A stretch of 64,000 nt of DNA. Origin: an uncultured Lachnospiraceae bacterium. GTDB taxonomy: Bacteria; Bacillota; Clostridia; Christensenellales; UBA1242. The notes beneath the pieces were generated by a model. It worked only from the letters and a program-made list of their open reading frames with translations. It was not told the DNA's origin and did no database searches. Shown in pieces: positions 53,015 through 62,014 of this stretch. The position numbers were made by a program, and so were the translations under genes. How positions within the stretch are numbered: the stretch's first letter is position 1; every line of letters begins with the position of its first letter. The stretch covers positions 10,993 through 74,992 of the forward strand of contig CAZSGM010000007.1 in NCBI GenBank assembly GCA_964606505.1, in the 5' to 3' direction.

Positions 53015-55441
53015 CTATTGGTTGTTTTGAAGTAATGGGTTAGTGTTGGGCGCTTTTGAGTTTCTTATTGTGATAGTGCTCTTGTTGTCCGTTTCACTGG
53101 TTTTTACTTCGTCAGCGTCGTTTGAGATTTTTTTGTAGTCAACATCAGGGTTGATTTTAGTTTCTGGAATTGGCATATTGTTGTCTGTGTTGACGGCTAA
53201 GTTTGTTCTAGAATTTCTAATGTTGCTTGAAGTATTTGAGTCTAACTTGTTAGTAAATCTAGCGTAAACTTCAGGTGTTGTGCCTTTGTTCGAGTTAGTT
53301 TGAGTAGTTGTTGAACTAACTGTTTTGTTTGTATTTGTATTGTTTGTGGCGTTTGTATTCAAATTTGCGCCTGTTTTGCTAGTACCATTTGTATTAGCGT
53401 TAGCATTTAAATTTGTGGTTGCACTTGAGTTTGTAGTGGTAACGCTTGTGCCCGAGTTAGTTGTACCATTTACGCTAGGCGTAGTAACCGTGTTGCTGGT
53501 AGTGCTTGATGTTTGGCTGCCGGCAACGGGCGTTACGGTTGTGTTTTGTCTAGTGATACTTCCGTTTGTAACACCGGAATTAGTTGTAGCGGTTCCGTTT
53601 GTAACACTTGGGTTTGTTGCAGTGTAACCCTGATTAGCAGGGGTAGAATTACTTGCGGTCGTTCTATTAACGCCGCCTTGTACGCCGCTAGCTACGCTGT
53701 TATTTTGTCTAGTAGAGTCATTGGTAACTACAGGCTTGCTGGCGTTATCTGAAACAATGGGTTTGCTGGCGTTATCAATAACTACTGGTTTATTGGTGTT
53801 GTCAATAACAACTGGTTTGTTCGCAGAATTATTTTGTGCATCCTTTAGAATTTGTGTTATCGTGTCAATACATGCGGTTGCTTGAGTCATAAGGTTTGAA
53901 CGTTCTTCAAAAGTTTCAAAAATTTTCGCGAAACTGTTTGCAAAGTTAGTGTTGTTAAAAGTCATTTCAAGATTAAAACCGAAAGGGGACAACTCATTGC
54001 TGTTTAAAGTGTAGAGTTGTTGCGCGATGGAAAACAATCTGTCTGCCTGCGTGTCAAGTTGTTGTTTTTGTGTTTCAGTAAGCGTAATGTCGTTGTTTTG
54101 ATTTTCGATTAAATCTAACGCCTTGTCAGTTGAATTTCTTAAATTGATAGAAATTTCCTTGATTGTAGCGTTGTTCCCACCGTTGTCCGCGTTGGCAATT
54201 TCCTTGATTTGGAACGCTAGGAACGCGATTTGGTTTTGGTTGTCTAAATCAAGTACATGATTGTAAGTCATTGTGTTTTGGCCATTTGCAAGCGTGTTTG
54301 TGCGCAAATTCCCATAACCATTAGTATTTGTGCGCGAATTTCCGTAATTGGTAGAATTAGCGTAACCTTGAGTGTTTGTGCGGGCTTTTTGTGTAGCCGA
54401 AGGGTTATTTTGAGGTAAACCGCTCCTATTTTGAGCGTTTGAGTCAAGTCTTGAAGTGCTGTAATTATCATTCAATCTGCGGTCAACGCCATTATTTATG
54501 TTGTCAAACCTGTCTATGTCTCGCATATTGAATTGACGATTAGTATTTGCATTATAGTTTTCGCTGCCTTTGTCGCGATTAATCGTCGCATTTGGTATTT
54601 CATTGTTTTGCGAAGCATAAGTTGAGGTGCGCGCGCCGTCGATAGTGTTGTTTTGTCCATTTAATTGTGCGTCGCTGCTGTAGCTTTGTGTCGCAAAAGT
54701 GTTGCGCTTTTGTGTCGTTGTGTTGTAGTTCGATGTTGTGATGTTGTGGTTAGGTGTTGTAGCATTGTAGTTTACGCCGCCGTTTTGTGTAGTTCTAGTT
54801 TGTAGGGTATCACTACCGCTTACGACATTATTATTGTTTGTCGCATTGAGGCGGGCAGGCGAACTATCGTTATTGTAGTTGCCGCGAACATTATTGCCAT
54901 TGTAACTCCCATTGTAGTTATTTGTGTAAGTGTTTTGTCGGTATGTGTCAATGTTAGAGTACTTTGGCGTTGTTAACGGCTCCTTGTAGGTGTCGACGTT
55001 TGAGCGTCTGACATTTGTATTGTTGTAAGCCCCATTGGTAGAGTTTTGGTTAACTATGCCATTTTGCGTAACTCCGCCTACGCTTGTAGTGTTTCCGTCA
55101 ACTCCGTTGTACATATTGCCATAAACATTGTTGTGCGCGTCAACGCAAGTTCCGTTCGCGCAGTTTGTGTTTAATGGGTTAGAAGTGGAATTGTTAGCAA
55201 TGCCGTTGTTGATGGTGTAGTTTCTGTTTAAATCAGTGTTGTTTTGATTTAAATTAACATTTGTAGATGAGGTAGGGTTGTTTTGAGACACAAACTTCGC
55301 GTTCGTGTCGTTATCTCTTGCGACCGCCTCATTCGATGTTAACGAAACAGCTGTATCGCGACTGAAAATTGCGCCTGTTCCCGTTACTAAAGTTGTTACG
55401 CCTAGCACGCTGGCTAAGCAAATTGATATAAATTTTTTCAT
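53015..55441 (-). CDS. Secreted Asn/Thr/Ser-rich low-complexity protein (808 aa) with a central helical domain
   Basis: Signal peptide MKKFISICLASVLGVTTLVTGTGAIFS, GGAGGAG SD, and long N/T/S/G/Y-rich flanks around a helical segment of about 150 aa. Confidence 0.65.
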   Translation of the reverse strand: MKKFISICLASVLGVTTLVTGTGAIFSRDTAVSLTSNEAVARDNDTNAKFVSQNNPTSSTNVNLNQNNTDLNRNYTINNGIANNSTSNPLNTNCANGTCVDAHNNVYGNMYNGVDGNTTSVGGVTQNGIVNQNSTNGAYNNTNVRRSNVDTYKEPLTTPKYSNIDTYRQNTYTNNYNGSYNGNNVRGNYNNDSSPARLNATNNNNVVSGSDTLQTRTTQNGGVNYNATTPNHNITTSNYNTTTQKRNTFATQSYSSDAQLNGQNNTIDGARTSTYASQNNEIPNATINRDKGSENYNANTNRQFNMRDIDRFDNINNGVDRRLNDNYSTSRLDSNAQNRSGLPQNNPSATQKARTNTQGYANSTNYGNSRTNTNGYGNLRTNTLANGQNTMTYNHVLDLDNQNQIAFLAFQIKEIANADNGGNNATIKEISINLRNSTDKALDLIENQNNDITLTETQKQQLDTQADRLFSIAQQLYTLNSNELSPFGFNLEMTFNNTNFANSFAKIFETFEERSNLMTQATACIDTITQILKDAQNNSANKPVVIDNTNKPVVIDNASKPIVSDNASKPVVTNDSTRQNNSVASGVQGGVNRTTASNSTPANQGYTATNPSVTNGTATTNSGVTNGSITRQNTTVTPVAGSQTSSTTSNTVTTPSVNGTTNSGTSVTTTNSSATTNLNANANTNGTSKTGANLNTNATNNTNTNKTVSSTTTQTNSNKGTTPEVYARFTNKLDSNTSSNIRNSRTNLAVNTDNNMPIPETKINPDVDYKKISNDADEVKTSETDNKSTITIRNSKAPNTNPLLQNNQ
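53730..53837. repeat. 27-nt tandem repeat x4 inside the Asn/Thr-rich gene
   Basis: The units encode NKPVVIDNT / NKPVVIDNA / SKPIVSDNA / SKPVVTNDS. Confidence 0.85.
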
Positions 55442-55590
55442 AATCTCCTCCAAAAAGTTTCTTTATTGTGTGTAGTTTTTTAAAAATTATCAAAAAAAAA
55501 TTGAATTGCCAAATTTTTGCATTTTGCGTCTATATATGAAAAAACTGTTTAAAATTCTTAAATTTGGAAACAATTTATTCGTGAGGAATT

Positions 55591-56046
55591 ATGAATAAAA
55601 TTGAAAGAGATGAGCGTTATAACGCCTATGTAGAATCGAAAATACCCAAAACCCACTGCTTCCCGTCGCTATTTTACGCATTTGTAATAGGGGGGATTAT
55701 CTGCATTTTAGGGCAGGCAATCAAGGATTCATTGCTTGCGACATTTGAAACGATGGCTCCGCAGGAAGCGTCAAACTGGGCGCTTATCGGATTGATTTTT
55801 CTTGCGTCGCTGTTGACTGCGCTAGGCGTTTTTGACGATATTGGTGCCATTGCAGGCGCGGGCACAATTGTACCTATAACTGGCTTTTCAAACTCAATAA
55901 CCAGTCCTGCGTTGGAGTTTAAAAAGGAAGGCTTCATATTTGGAATGTGCGCAAAAATGTTTATCGTGGCAGGACCTGTTATTGTTAACGGCGTCGTAGC
56001 GAGTATTATAGTTGGCTTAATATATCTAATAATTGGAGCGTTTTAA
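55591..56046 (+). CDS. spoVAC: Stage V sporulation protein AC
   Basis: 151-aa four-TM protein with the motif GAGTIVPITGFSNS. Confidence 0.85.
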   Translation: MNKIERDERYNAYVESKIPKTHCFPSLFYAFVIGGIICILGQAIKDSLLATFETMAPQEASNWALIGLIFLASLLTALGVFDDIGAIAGAGTIVPITGFSNSITSPALEFKKEGFIFGMCAKMFIVAGPVIVNGVVASIIVGLIYLIIGAF

Positions 56047-56048
56047 GT

Positions 56049-57059
56049 ATGGATAAAGGAAAGAACAATCAGACTGTATTCTTCAAAAATAGCCCTAAAA
56101 TCATTTCAACATACTCAATAGCGGGGCCGAAAGAGGCAAAAAGTGTTTTTTCGCCGTATTTTGATTTTATGCTTGAGGACGATTTGTGGGGCGTGGAATC
56201 TTACGAAAAAACTGAGCGCAAAATGCTTGAGCATGTAGTTTTTAACGCTATTGAGCGGTCGGGAAAGAAACCATCTGAAATTGACGCGCTCATTTGCGGG
56301 GATTTGTTGAACCAAATCATAAGTTCAAGTTTTACAGCTAGAAAGTTTGACACAACCTACATTGGCTTGTTTGGGGCGTGCTCAACAATGGCTGAGTCGC
56401 TTGCGGTCGGTGCCTGCTTGGTTGATGGTGGCTATTTTGAAACGGTTGCTTGCGCAACTGCTAGCCACTTTTCGTCGGTTGAAAGGCAGTTCCGTTTTCC
56501 GCTTGAGCTTGGAACGCAACGCCCGCCAACTGCGCAGTGGACTGTTACGGGCGGCGGCTGCTCAGTTTTGTCGAAAAAGGGGCGCGGCGCAAAAATTACA
56601 ATGGCAACTTTTGGAAAAGTTACCGACTTTGACGTGATTGACGCAAATAATATGGGCGCGGCAATGGCGCCCGCGGCGATGTCAACGTTACTTGCGCACT
56701 TTACAAACACGCAAACAACCCCCGACGATTACGACTTAATTGTAACGGGGGATTTGGGTAAACTAGGCAGCGAAATTCTAATTGACTTAATGGAATACAA
56801 CGGCTACAAACTAGGTCAAAACTATATGGATTGCGGGCATTGCATTTTTACAAACGACCAACACACATTTATGGGCGGCTCGGGTTGTGGTTGCAGTGCA
56901 CTGATTTTGAACTCATTTTTGATTAAGAAAATCCTTAGCGGAGAATATAAAAAGGTGTTATTTATGGCGACGGGTGCGCTTTTAAGTCCCACCTCAAGTT
57001 TTCAAGGAGAGTCTATCCCAGGGATTGCGCACGCGATTGTTTTGGAAAAGGATAAATAG
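56049..57059 (+). CDS. spoVAD: Stage V sporulation protein AD
   Basis: 336 aa, thiolase-like fold motifs (GACSTMAESL), located between spoVAC and spoVAE. Confidence 0.85.
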   Translation: MDKGKNNQTVFFKNSPKIISTYSIAGPKEAKSVFSPYFDFMLEDDLWGVESYEKTERKMLEHVVFNAIERSGKKPSEIDALICGDLLNQIISSSFTARKFDTTYIGLFGACSTMAESLAVGACLVDGGYFETVACATASHFSSVERQFRFPLELGTQRPPTAQWTVTGGGCSVLSKKGRGAKITMATFGKVTDFDVIDANNMGAAMAPAAMSTLLAHFTNTQTTPDDYDLIVTGDLGKLGSEILIDLMEYNGYKLGQNYMDCGHCIFTNDQHTFMGGSGCGCSALILNSFLIKKILSGEYKKVLFMATGALLSPTSSFQGESIPGIAHAIVLEKDK

Positions 57060-57076
57060 GGCAGTGGAGGAGTAAA

Positions 57077-57451
57077 ATGATTGATTTATTGTTATATTTA
57101 AAGGTGTTTTTGGTAGGCGGATTTATTTGTATGGTCGCTCAAATCCTCATAATCAAAACTAGGATGACCTCGGCGAGGATTTTGGTTTTGTTTGTTGTGC
57201 TTGGCGTGTTTTTTGAATCAATCGGCATTTACCAGCCGTTGATTGAGTTCGCCGACTGCGGCGCAACCATTCCAATAGTTGGTTTTGGTAAAGCGCTTGC
57301 TGAGGGGGCAATAATCGGCGCGCAGGAAAGCGGGTTAATTGGGGTTTTTACAGGCGGTTTAGAAAAAACGGCAGGGGGCATAGCTGCCGCGGTTGGGTTT
57401 GCGTACCTGTTCGCACTAATATTTGACGCCAAAACAAAAAGGAATATGTGA
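57077..57451 (+). CDS. spoVAE: Stage V sporulation protein AEb
   Basis: 124-aa membrane protein with a GATIPIVGFG motif paralogous to SpoVAC. Confidence 0.8.
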   Translation: MIDLLLYLKVFLVGGFICMVAQILIIKTRMTSARILVLFVVLGVFFESIGIYQPLIEFADCGATIPIVGFGKALAEGAIIGAQESGLIGVFTGGLEKTAGGIAAAVGFAYLFALIFDAKTKRNM

Positions 57452-57456
57452 GAGTT

Positions 57457-57486
57457 AAAACTTGTGGAATAATCTGCAAGTTTTTT
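57457..57486 (+). terminator. Intrinsic terminator after spoVAE
   Basis: Stem AAAACTTG / CAAGTTTT plus a T-run. Confidence 0.55.
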
Positions 57487-57541
57487 AATTTAAGTAACTG
57501 CAATTGGAAAAATAACGCATAAAGCGACATATATATACTAT

Positions 57542-58234
57542 ATGAAAAAAGCGCGCGCGGCTAAAAATCCCAATAAAAAACATAGAAAAATGAAAAGGTT
57601 GATAATATTTTTGTCAATAGTTCTCATTATTGCGGGGCTTATTATGTTTTACTTTGATAAGTACGTAAATCCAGTAATTTTGACGACAAGTGAAACAAAA
57701 ATAAAAATGATGACCTCAAGGGCGGTAAACTCGGCAATTTCGGAGATTTTAAATAATAACAATATTTACGATGACCTTGTTACAATTTCTAAAGATGGGC
57801 AGGGGGACGTAACGCTTATACAGGCAAATGCAATTTCAATTAACCGCTTATCAAAAGATATTTCACGACTCGCGCTTGTCAAAATTGAATCAATCGGCGA
57901 CCAAGGTATAAGTATCCCGCTTGGCTCTTTTACGGGTATGCCCATATTGATGGGGCGGGGACCGGAGGTATTAATTAAGATTGTCCCAATCGGAACGCTT
58001 GATTGCGTGTTTAAATCAGAGTTTATTTCTTCAGGGATAAACCAAACTGTTCATAGAATTTACTTGGAAGTTTCATCTGTTGTAAACTTAATTTTGCCAA
58101 TATTCAACGACCCAGTTCAAACGTATACACAAGTGTTGATATGTGAAAGTGTTATTGTTGGGGAAGTGCCCGAGTTCTATTTTAACAATTCTATGGGATC
58201 TCTTCTTGACCTAGTTCCTGAAACGAAAAAATAG
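57542..58234 (+). CDS. yunB: Sporulation protein YunB
   Basis: N-terminal anchor followed by the A.N.AI.EIL pattern; size and organisation typical of YunB. Confidence 0.6.
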   Translation: MKKARAAKNPNKKHRKMKRLIIFLSIVLIIAGLIMFYFDKYVNPVILTTSETKIKMMTSRAVNSAISEILNNNNIYDDLVTISKDGQGDVTLIQANAISINRLSKDISRLALVKIESIGDQGISIPLGSFTGMPILMGRGPEVLIKIVPIGTLDCVFKSEFISSGINQTVHRIYLEVSSVVNLILPIFNDPVQTYTQVLICESVIVGEVPEFYFNNSMGSLLDLVPETKK

Positions 58235-58250
58235 GTACAAGATATTTTAA

Positions 58251-58316
58251 AATACTAGATATGGCGTATTATATTAATAGAATACACTATATCTAGTATT
58301 ATATTTTTGTTTTTTG
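58251..58316. repeat. Palindromic element copy B plus T-run (functions as the yunB terminator)
   Basis: AATACTAGATATGGCGTATT - ATATTAATAG - AATACACTATATCTAGTATT (one G-U pair, one mismatch), then ATATTTTTGTTTTTT. Confidence 0.85.
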
Positions 58317-58317
58317 A

Positions 58318-58484
58318 GCGAGATTAAAGCGGCAAAACTGCAAGGGAGCGTTGATGCCGCGTGGGACGTATGAAATCGCAAAACTTATTCAGGCGATAGG
58401 CGGGGATGTTATGCCCGCGTACGGCTTTAGCAACTTAGGCGACTTTGAGGCGACGCTTGGGTACGAGGATAAAGAGAAAAACGC
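58318..58484 (+). pseudogene. Fragment homologous to the central region of NAD(P)H-dependent glycerol-3-phosphate dehydrogenase (GpsA)
   Basis: The open frame reads ..NCKGALMPRGTYEIAKLIQAIGGDVMPAYGFSNLGDFEATL.. I compare this with the recalled GpsA motif [32 protein letters not shown].TC. No Rossmann N-terminus and no C-terminal remainder are present. Confidence 0.4.
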
Positions 58485-59306
58485 TCAATACTTTAGTTTT
58501 ATTGTTATCGTTTTTTCAGTATAAGGGTGTTTAAATTTTGCCATAAAACATCTTAAATAGTACACGCCATTACTATTTGTATTTGCGGTTGAATTGTACT
58601 TGTTGTCATTTACAAGTGGGTGTCCGATGTGGGCTAGGTGGCATCTAATTTGATTTGTCCTGCCGTAAACAAGGTTGCATTTTATTGTGGAGATGTTGTT
58701 TTTGTACTTTAGCCGTTTGTAGTAGGTTATCGCGGGTAGCCCGTCGTCGTGAACTATTCGCTTTTTTAGTTTCTCGTCGTCCATTATTGGGGCGTTCACG
58801 CACCCCTTTCGTTTGGTTTTTCCCTCAACTTTAGCGATGTACCATTTGCGGATGTTTCCTGCTGCATCCAACAAGTTTTCTGTTACAACATCCTTAGCGA
58901 TTATAACTAACCCCGTTGTGTGTGCGTCTAGCCGATTGAGAGCTCGAAACACGAACTCTCCGTTGTAGTGGTTTAAAACGCGCCCAGCGAGCGAGTCCTC
59001 AAAGTTGTAACTTGGGATGGTTGGCAGATTGTTTGGTTTGTCAACTATTAGTATGTGTTCGTCCTCAAAAACGACGTCAATCGGCTTGTTGCTTAGCGGG
59101 ATTGTTGATGATGGGGCTTTGTCTTTTGGGTTTAGACAAAGTGTTTTGTTCCTTTCTATTATGTCGGTCATTATAACATTTCTACCATCGACTTTCATAA
59201 GCCCGAGTTCTTGCCTAAGTTTGGTTATTGCGCGCGCTGACAATCCTTTTTGCTTTAACAAGTCCTTTACAGTGGTTGTTTTGTACTTGTTTTTTAAATA
59301 AATCAT
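58485..59306 (-). CDS. RluA family pseudouridine synthase with N-terminal S4-like domain
   Basis: RLDAHTTGLVIIAK catalytic Asp motif and GRTNQIRCHLAHIGHPLVND motif. Confidence 0.75.
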   Translation of the reverse strand: MIYLKNKYKTTTVKDLLKQKGLSARAITKLRQELGLMKVDGRNVIMTDIIERNKTLCLNPKDKAPSSTIPLSNKPIDVVFEDEHILIVDKPNNLPTIPSYNFEDSLAGRVLNHYNGEFVFRALNRLDAHTTGLVIIAKDVVTENLLDAAGNIRKWYIAKVEGKTKRKGCVNAPIMDDEKLKKRIVHDDGLPAITYYKRLKYKNNISTIKCNLVYGRTNQIRCHLAHIGHPLVNDNKYNSTANTNSNGVYYLRCFMAKFKHPYTEKTITIKLKY

Positions 59307-59409
59307 AGCTAAATTTTATAATAATTGATTTAACTTGTCAATAAAAATTGACATTTTGCGAAAAATATTATAAACTTACAGTTATAATTTTAAAACAAAC
59401 GAGGGTACA

Positions 59410-60540
59410 ATGATTTATTTTGATAATGCGTCAACGACAAAGATTTCTGAAAGGGCGCTTGCGGTTTACAACGAGGTTTCAAATGAGTGTTTTTTCAACG
59501 CATCTAGTCTGCATAAGGGTGGGGTTGCGGCTAAGCTAAAACTCGAAAATGCGCGCGAAATGATTATGGATTGCATAAACGCCCCAATCGGCGGTAAGGT
59601 GCTTTTTTGTTCTGGCGCGACGGAAGCCAACAATATGACGCTGTTTGGCTTGACTAAGAAAAACCAAAGAGTGCTCGTCTCTGTTGGGGAACACCCATCT
59701 ATTTACAACACGGCGACGATGCTTGCTCAGCGCGGAGTAGAGGTTGACTTTGTGGGCTTAAGTGAGGATGGAACGGTTGATTTAGAGGATTACAAGAAAA
59801 AAGTTGCGAGTGGCAACTATGATTTGGTTTCAGTTATGTTCGCAAACAATGAAACGGGCGCAATTAATGATATTCGTTTGCTCTGCGAAATCGCAAAGCA
59901 GGCTAATCCGAGTTGCGTGTTCCATTCTGACTGTGTGCAGGCGTTTGGGAAAGTTAAGGTTGACGTTGAAAGTTTGGGTGTCGACAGCATTTCGCTTAGT
60001 GCGCACAAAATTAATGGACCCAAGGGTGTTGGAGCATTGTATATTAAAAAAGGTGTTAAGTTTGCACCTGTGGTTTACGGCGGCGGGCAAGAGGGGAACC
60101 TGAGAAGTGGAACGGAAAATCTGCCTGCGATTTGCGCGTTTGCTGAGGCGGCAAAAGAGCGTATAGAGATGCTTTATGACGATTATGCGGCAGTGTTACA
60201 ATTAAAACAAGAAATCATTAAGGTGTTTGATGACAACAATTTTGAATACAAAATCAATGGGAGTGCCAACAACTCTCCTTATATACTCTCAGTTTCACTG
60301 GCAGGCGTAAAAGGAGAAGTTTTGGTTCACAAACTTGAAATCGACGACATTTATATTGGGACTGGCTCGGCGTGCTCTTCAAAAACGTCTGACAACCGTA
60401 TATTGACCGCGATGAAAAAGAGTAAAAATGAAATTTTAGGCAACATTAGGCTTAGTTTTTCTGCGAGCAACACTATTGACCAAGCGCGACATGTAGCGAA
60501 AAAAGTTGTTGAGTACGCAACATATCTTAGACAAATGTAG
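59410..60540 (+). CDS. Cysteine desulfurase (class V aminotransferase, NifS/IscS-like)
   Basis: PLP-lysine motif SLSAHKINGPKGVGALY, the active-site Cys loop GSACSS, and adjacency to thiI. Confidence 0.8.
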   Translation: MIYFDNASTTKISERALAVYNEVSNECFFNASSLHKGGVAAKLKLENAREMIMDCINAPIGGKVLFCSGATEANNMTLFGLTKKNQRVLVSVGEHPSIYNTATMLAQRGVEVDFVGLSEDGTVDLEDYKKKVASGNYDLVSVMFANNETGAINDIRLLCEIAKQANPSCVFHSDCVQAFGKVKVDVESLGVDSISLSAHKINGPKGVGALYIKKGVKFAPVVYGGGQEGNLRSGTENLPAICAFAEAAKERIEMLYDDYAAVLQLKQEIIKVFDDNNFEYKINGSANNSPYILSVSLAGVKGEVLVHKLEIDDIYIGTGSACSSKTSDNRILTAMKKSKNEILGNIRLSFSASNTIDQARHVAKKVVEYATYLRQM

Positions 60541-60564
60541 GCAAATGATAAAAAGAGGGATAAA

Positions 60565-61719
60565 ATGAGTAGAGTTATTATATTAAGGTATTCAGAAATT
60601 CACTTAAAAGGCTCAAACAGGGGCTTTTTTGAGCGTTTTTTGATGGATAACACACAAAAAGCAATCGCGGGTATTAACGCAAAAGTTGAAAAGGGCGGCG
60701 CAAGGTACATTGTTAGCGAGTATGCGCCCGAGGACGAGGGCAAACTCGTTTCGCGTTTAACCAAGGTTTTTGGCTTTAACTGGCTCTCCATTGCGGAAAG
60801 CGTTGAAAATGACGCCGAGAAAATACTTGAACGCGCAAAAGAGATTAAGCTGTCAAACTGTTCCTTTAGGGTTACAACGCGTCGCGCAGATAAAAACTTC
60901 CCGCACCATTCGGCGCAGTTTTCCGCAATGGTTGGGGAAGTTATATTGAATAACAACGACAACCTTAAGGTCGACTTGGAGCATTTTGATAAAGAAGTAA
61001 AGGTTGATATACGCGAAAATGGGCAAACCTTTATTTATCTTGACAGCGTAAAGTGTGCTGGCGGAATGCCAACGGGTTGCGCAGGTAAAGCAATTTGCCT
61101 TTTGTCGGGCGGGATTGATAGCCCTGTTGCGATTTATAAAATTGCTAGACGTGGGGCAAAAATTTTTGCGGTTCACTTCCACAGTTATCCATACACTAGC
61201 GAAAGAGCGAAATTAAAGGTTATTGAACTGGCAAAAATTTTGTCGCAGTATTGCGGTAAAATTAAACTTTCGTTTGTGAGTTTTACTAAAGTTCAAGAAG
61301 AAATACACCGAAAATGTAACCCTGATTATATGATTACGATTATGCGTCGCATTATGATGCGCGTTACCGAGAGGTTGGCAATTAAAAATAAGTGTAAGGT
61401 AATTGTTACGGGGGAAAGTTTGGGGCAGGTCGCTAGCCAAACAATGGAGGGGATAACTTCCTCTAACTCCGTTGTTAAGATGCCAGTTTTGCGTCCGCTC
61501 ATTGGAGATGATAAGGATGACATTATTGAGGTCGCAAATAAAATTGGCACTTTTGAAACCTCAATTTTGCCATACGAGGATTGCTGCACGGTTTTTCTTC
61601 CTAAAAATCCGATAATTAAACCAAGTTTGTTGCGCGTTGAAGAAGAGGAAGCAAAAATTGACGTTGATGCGCTTGTTAACGAGTGTTTGCACAATTATGA
61701 AACAATTATTATAGAATAA
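60565..61719 (+). CDS. thiI: tRNA 4-thiouridine(8) synthase ThiI (no rhodanese domain)
   Basis: RYSEIHLKG start (ferredoxin-like/THUMP domains) and PP-loop LLSGGIDSPVA. Confidence 0.85.
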   Translation: MSRVIILRYSEIHLKGSNRGFFERFLMDNTQKAIAGINAKVEKGGARYIVSEYAPEDEGKLVSRLTKVFGFNWLSIAESVENDAEKILERAKEIKLSNCSFRVTTRRADKNFPHHSAQFSAMVGEVILNNNDNLKVDLEHFDKEVKVDIRENGQTFIYLDSVKCAGGMPTGCAGKAICLLSGGIDSPVAIYKIARRGAKIFAVHFHSYPYTSERAKLKVIELAKILSQYCGKIKLSFVSFTKVQEEIHRKCNPDYMITIMRRIMMRVTERLAIKNKCKVIVTGESLGQVASQTMEGITSSNSVVKMPVLRPLIGDDKDDIIEVANKIGTFETSILPYEDCCTVFLPKNPIIKPSLLRVEEEEAKIDVDALVNECLHNYETIIIE

Positions 61720-61732
61720 GCAAAATGTAAAA

Positions 61733-61776
61733 AGCACGACTTTATTTTGGGTTGCAAAACGAAGTCGTGTTTTTTG
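61733..61776 (+). terminator. Intrinsic terminator after thiI
   Basis: Stem CACGACTT / AAGTCGTG followed by T6. Confidence 0.6.
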
Positions 61777-61885
61777 ATTAAAATGGCAAAGTGGTTGCCC
61801 CTATATATAAGGATAAGGCATTGCGCAACTCGCTATTATAGGTAAATCTATATTTATATAATAACTTTGGGAAAAGAACACCGTA

Positions 61886-61910
61886 TATAGTATAGTATAG
61901 TATAGTATAG
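61886..61910. repeat. Pentanucleotide microsatellite (TATAG)x5
   Basis: TATAGTATAGTATAGTATAGTATAG, flanked by degenerate units (TA.. and GGATAGG). Confidence 0.9.
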
Positions 61911-62014
61911 GGATAGGTTACCTTATGTGCGACAAAATTACGTATATTATATGAACATAAAATTGCATAATTTGCGCGCAAAAATTTTGGGTATTTTGTA
62001 AGAGGTATCCTTTA

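Noticed and set aside
61930-61962. dif-like Xer recombination site in the convergent thiI/sigF spacer (CGTATATTATATGAACAT compared with the TATATTATGTAAACT arm of B. subtilis dif).
   Set aside because: Only the AT-rich central portion and about 8 of 11 right-arm positions match. The left arm does not resemble any XerC arm I know. Chance similarity is likely in such TA-rich DNA.
61778-61981. 67-aa ORF on the minus strand in the thiI/sigF spacer.
   Set aside because: It is a translation of the TATAG and TA-rich repeats (YTILYYTIY...) and has no SD.
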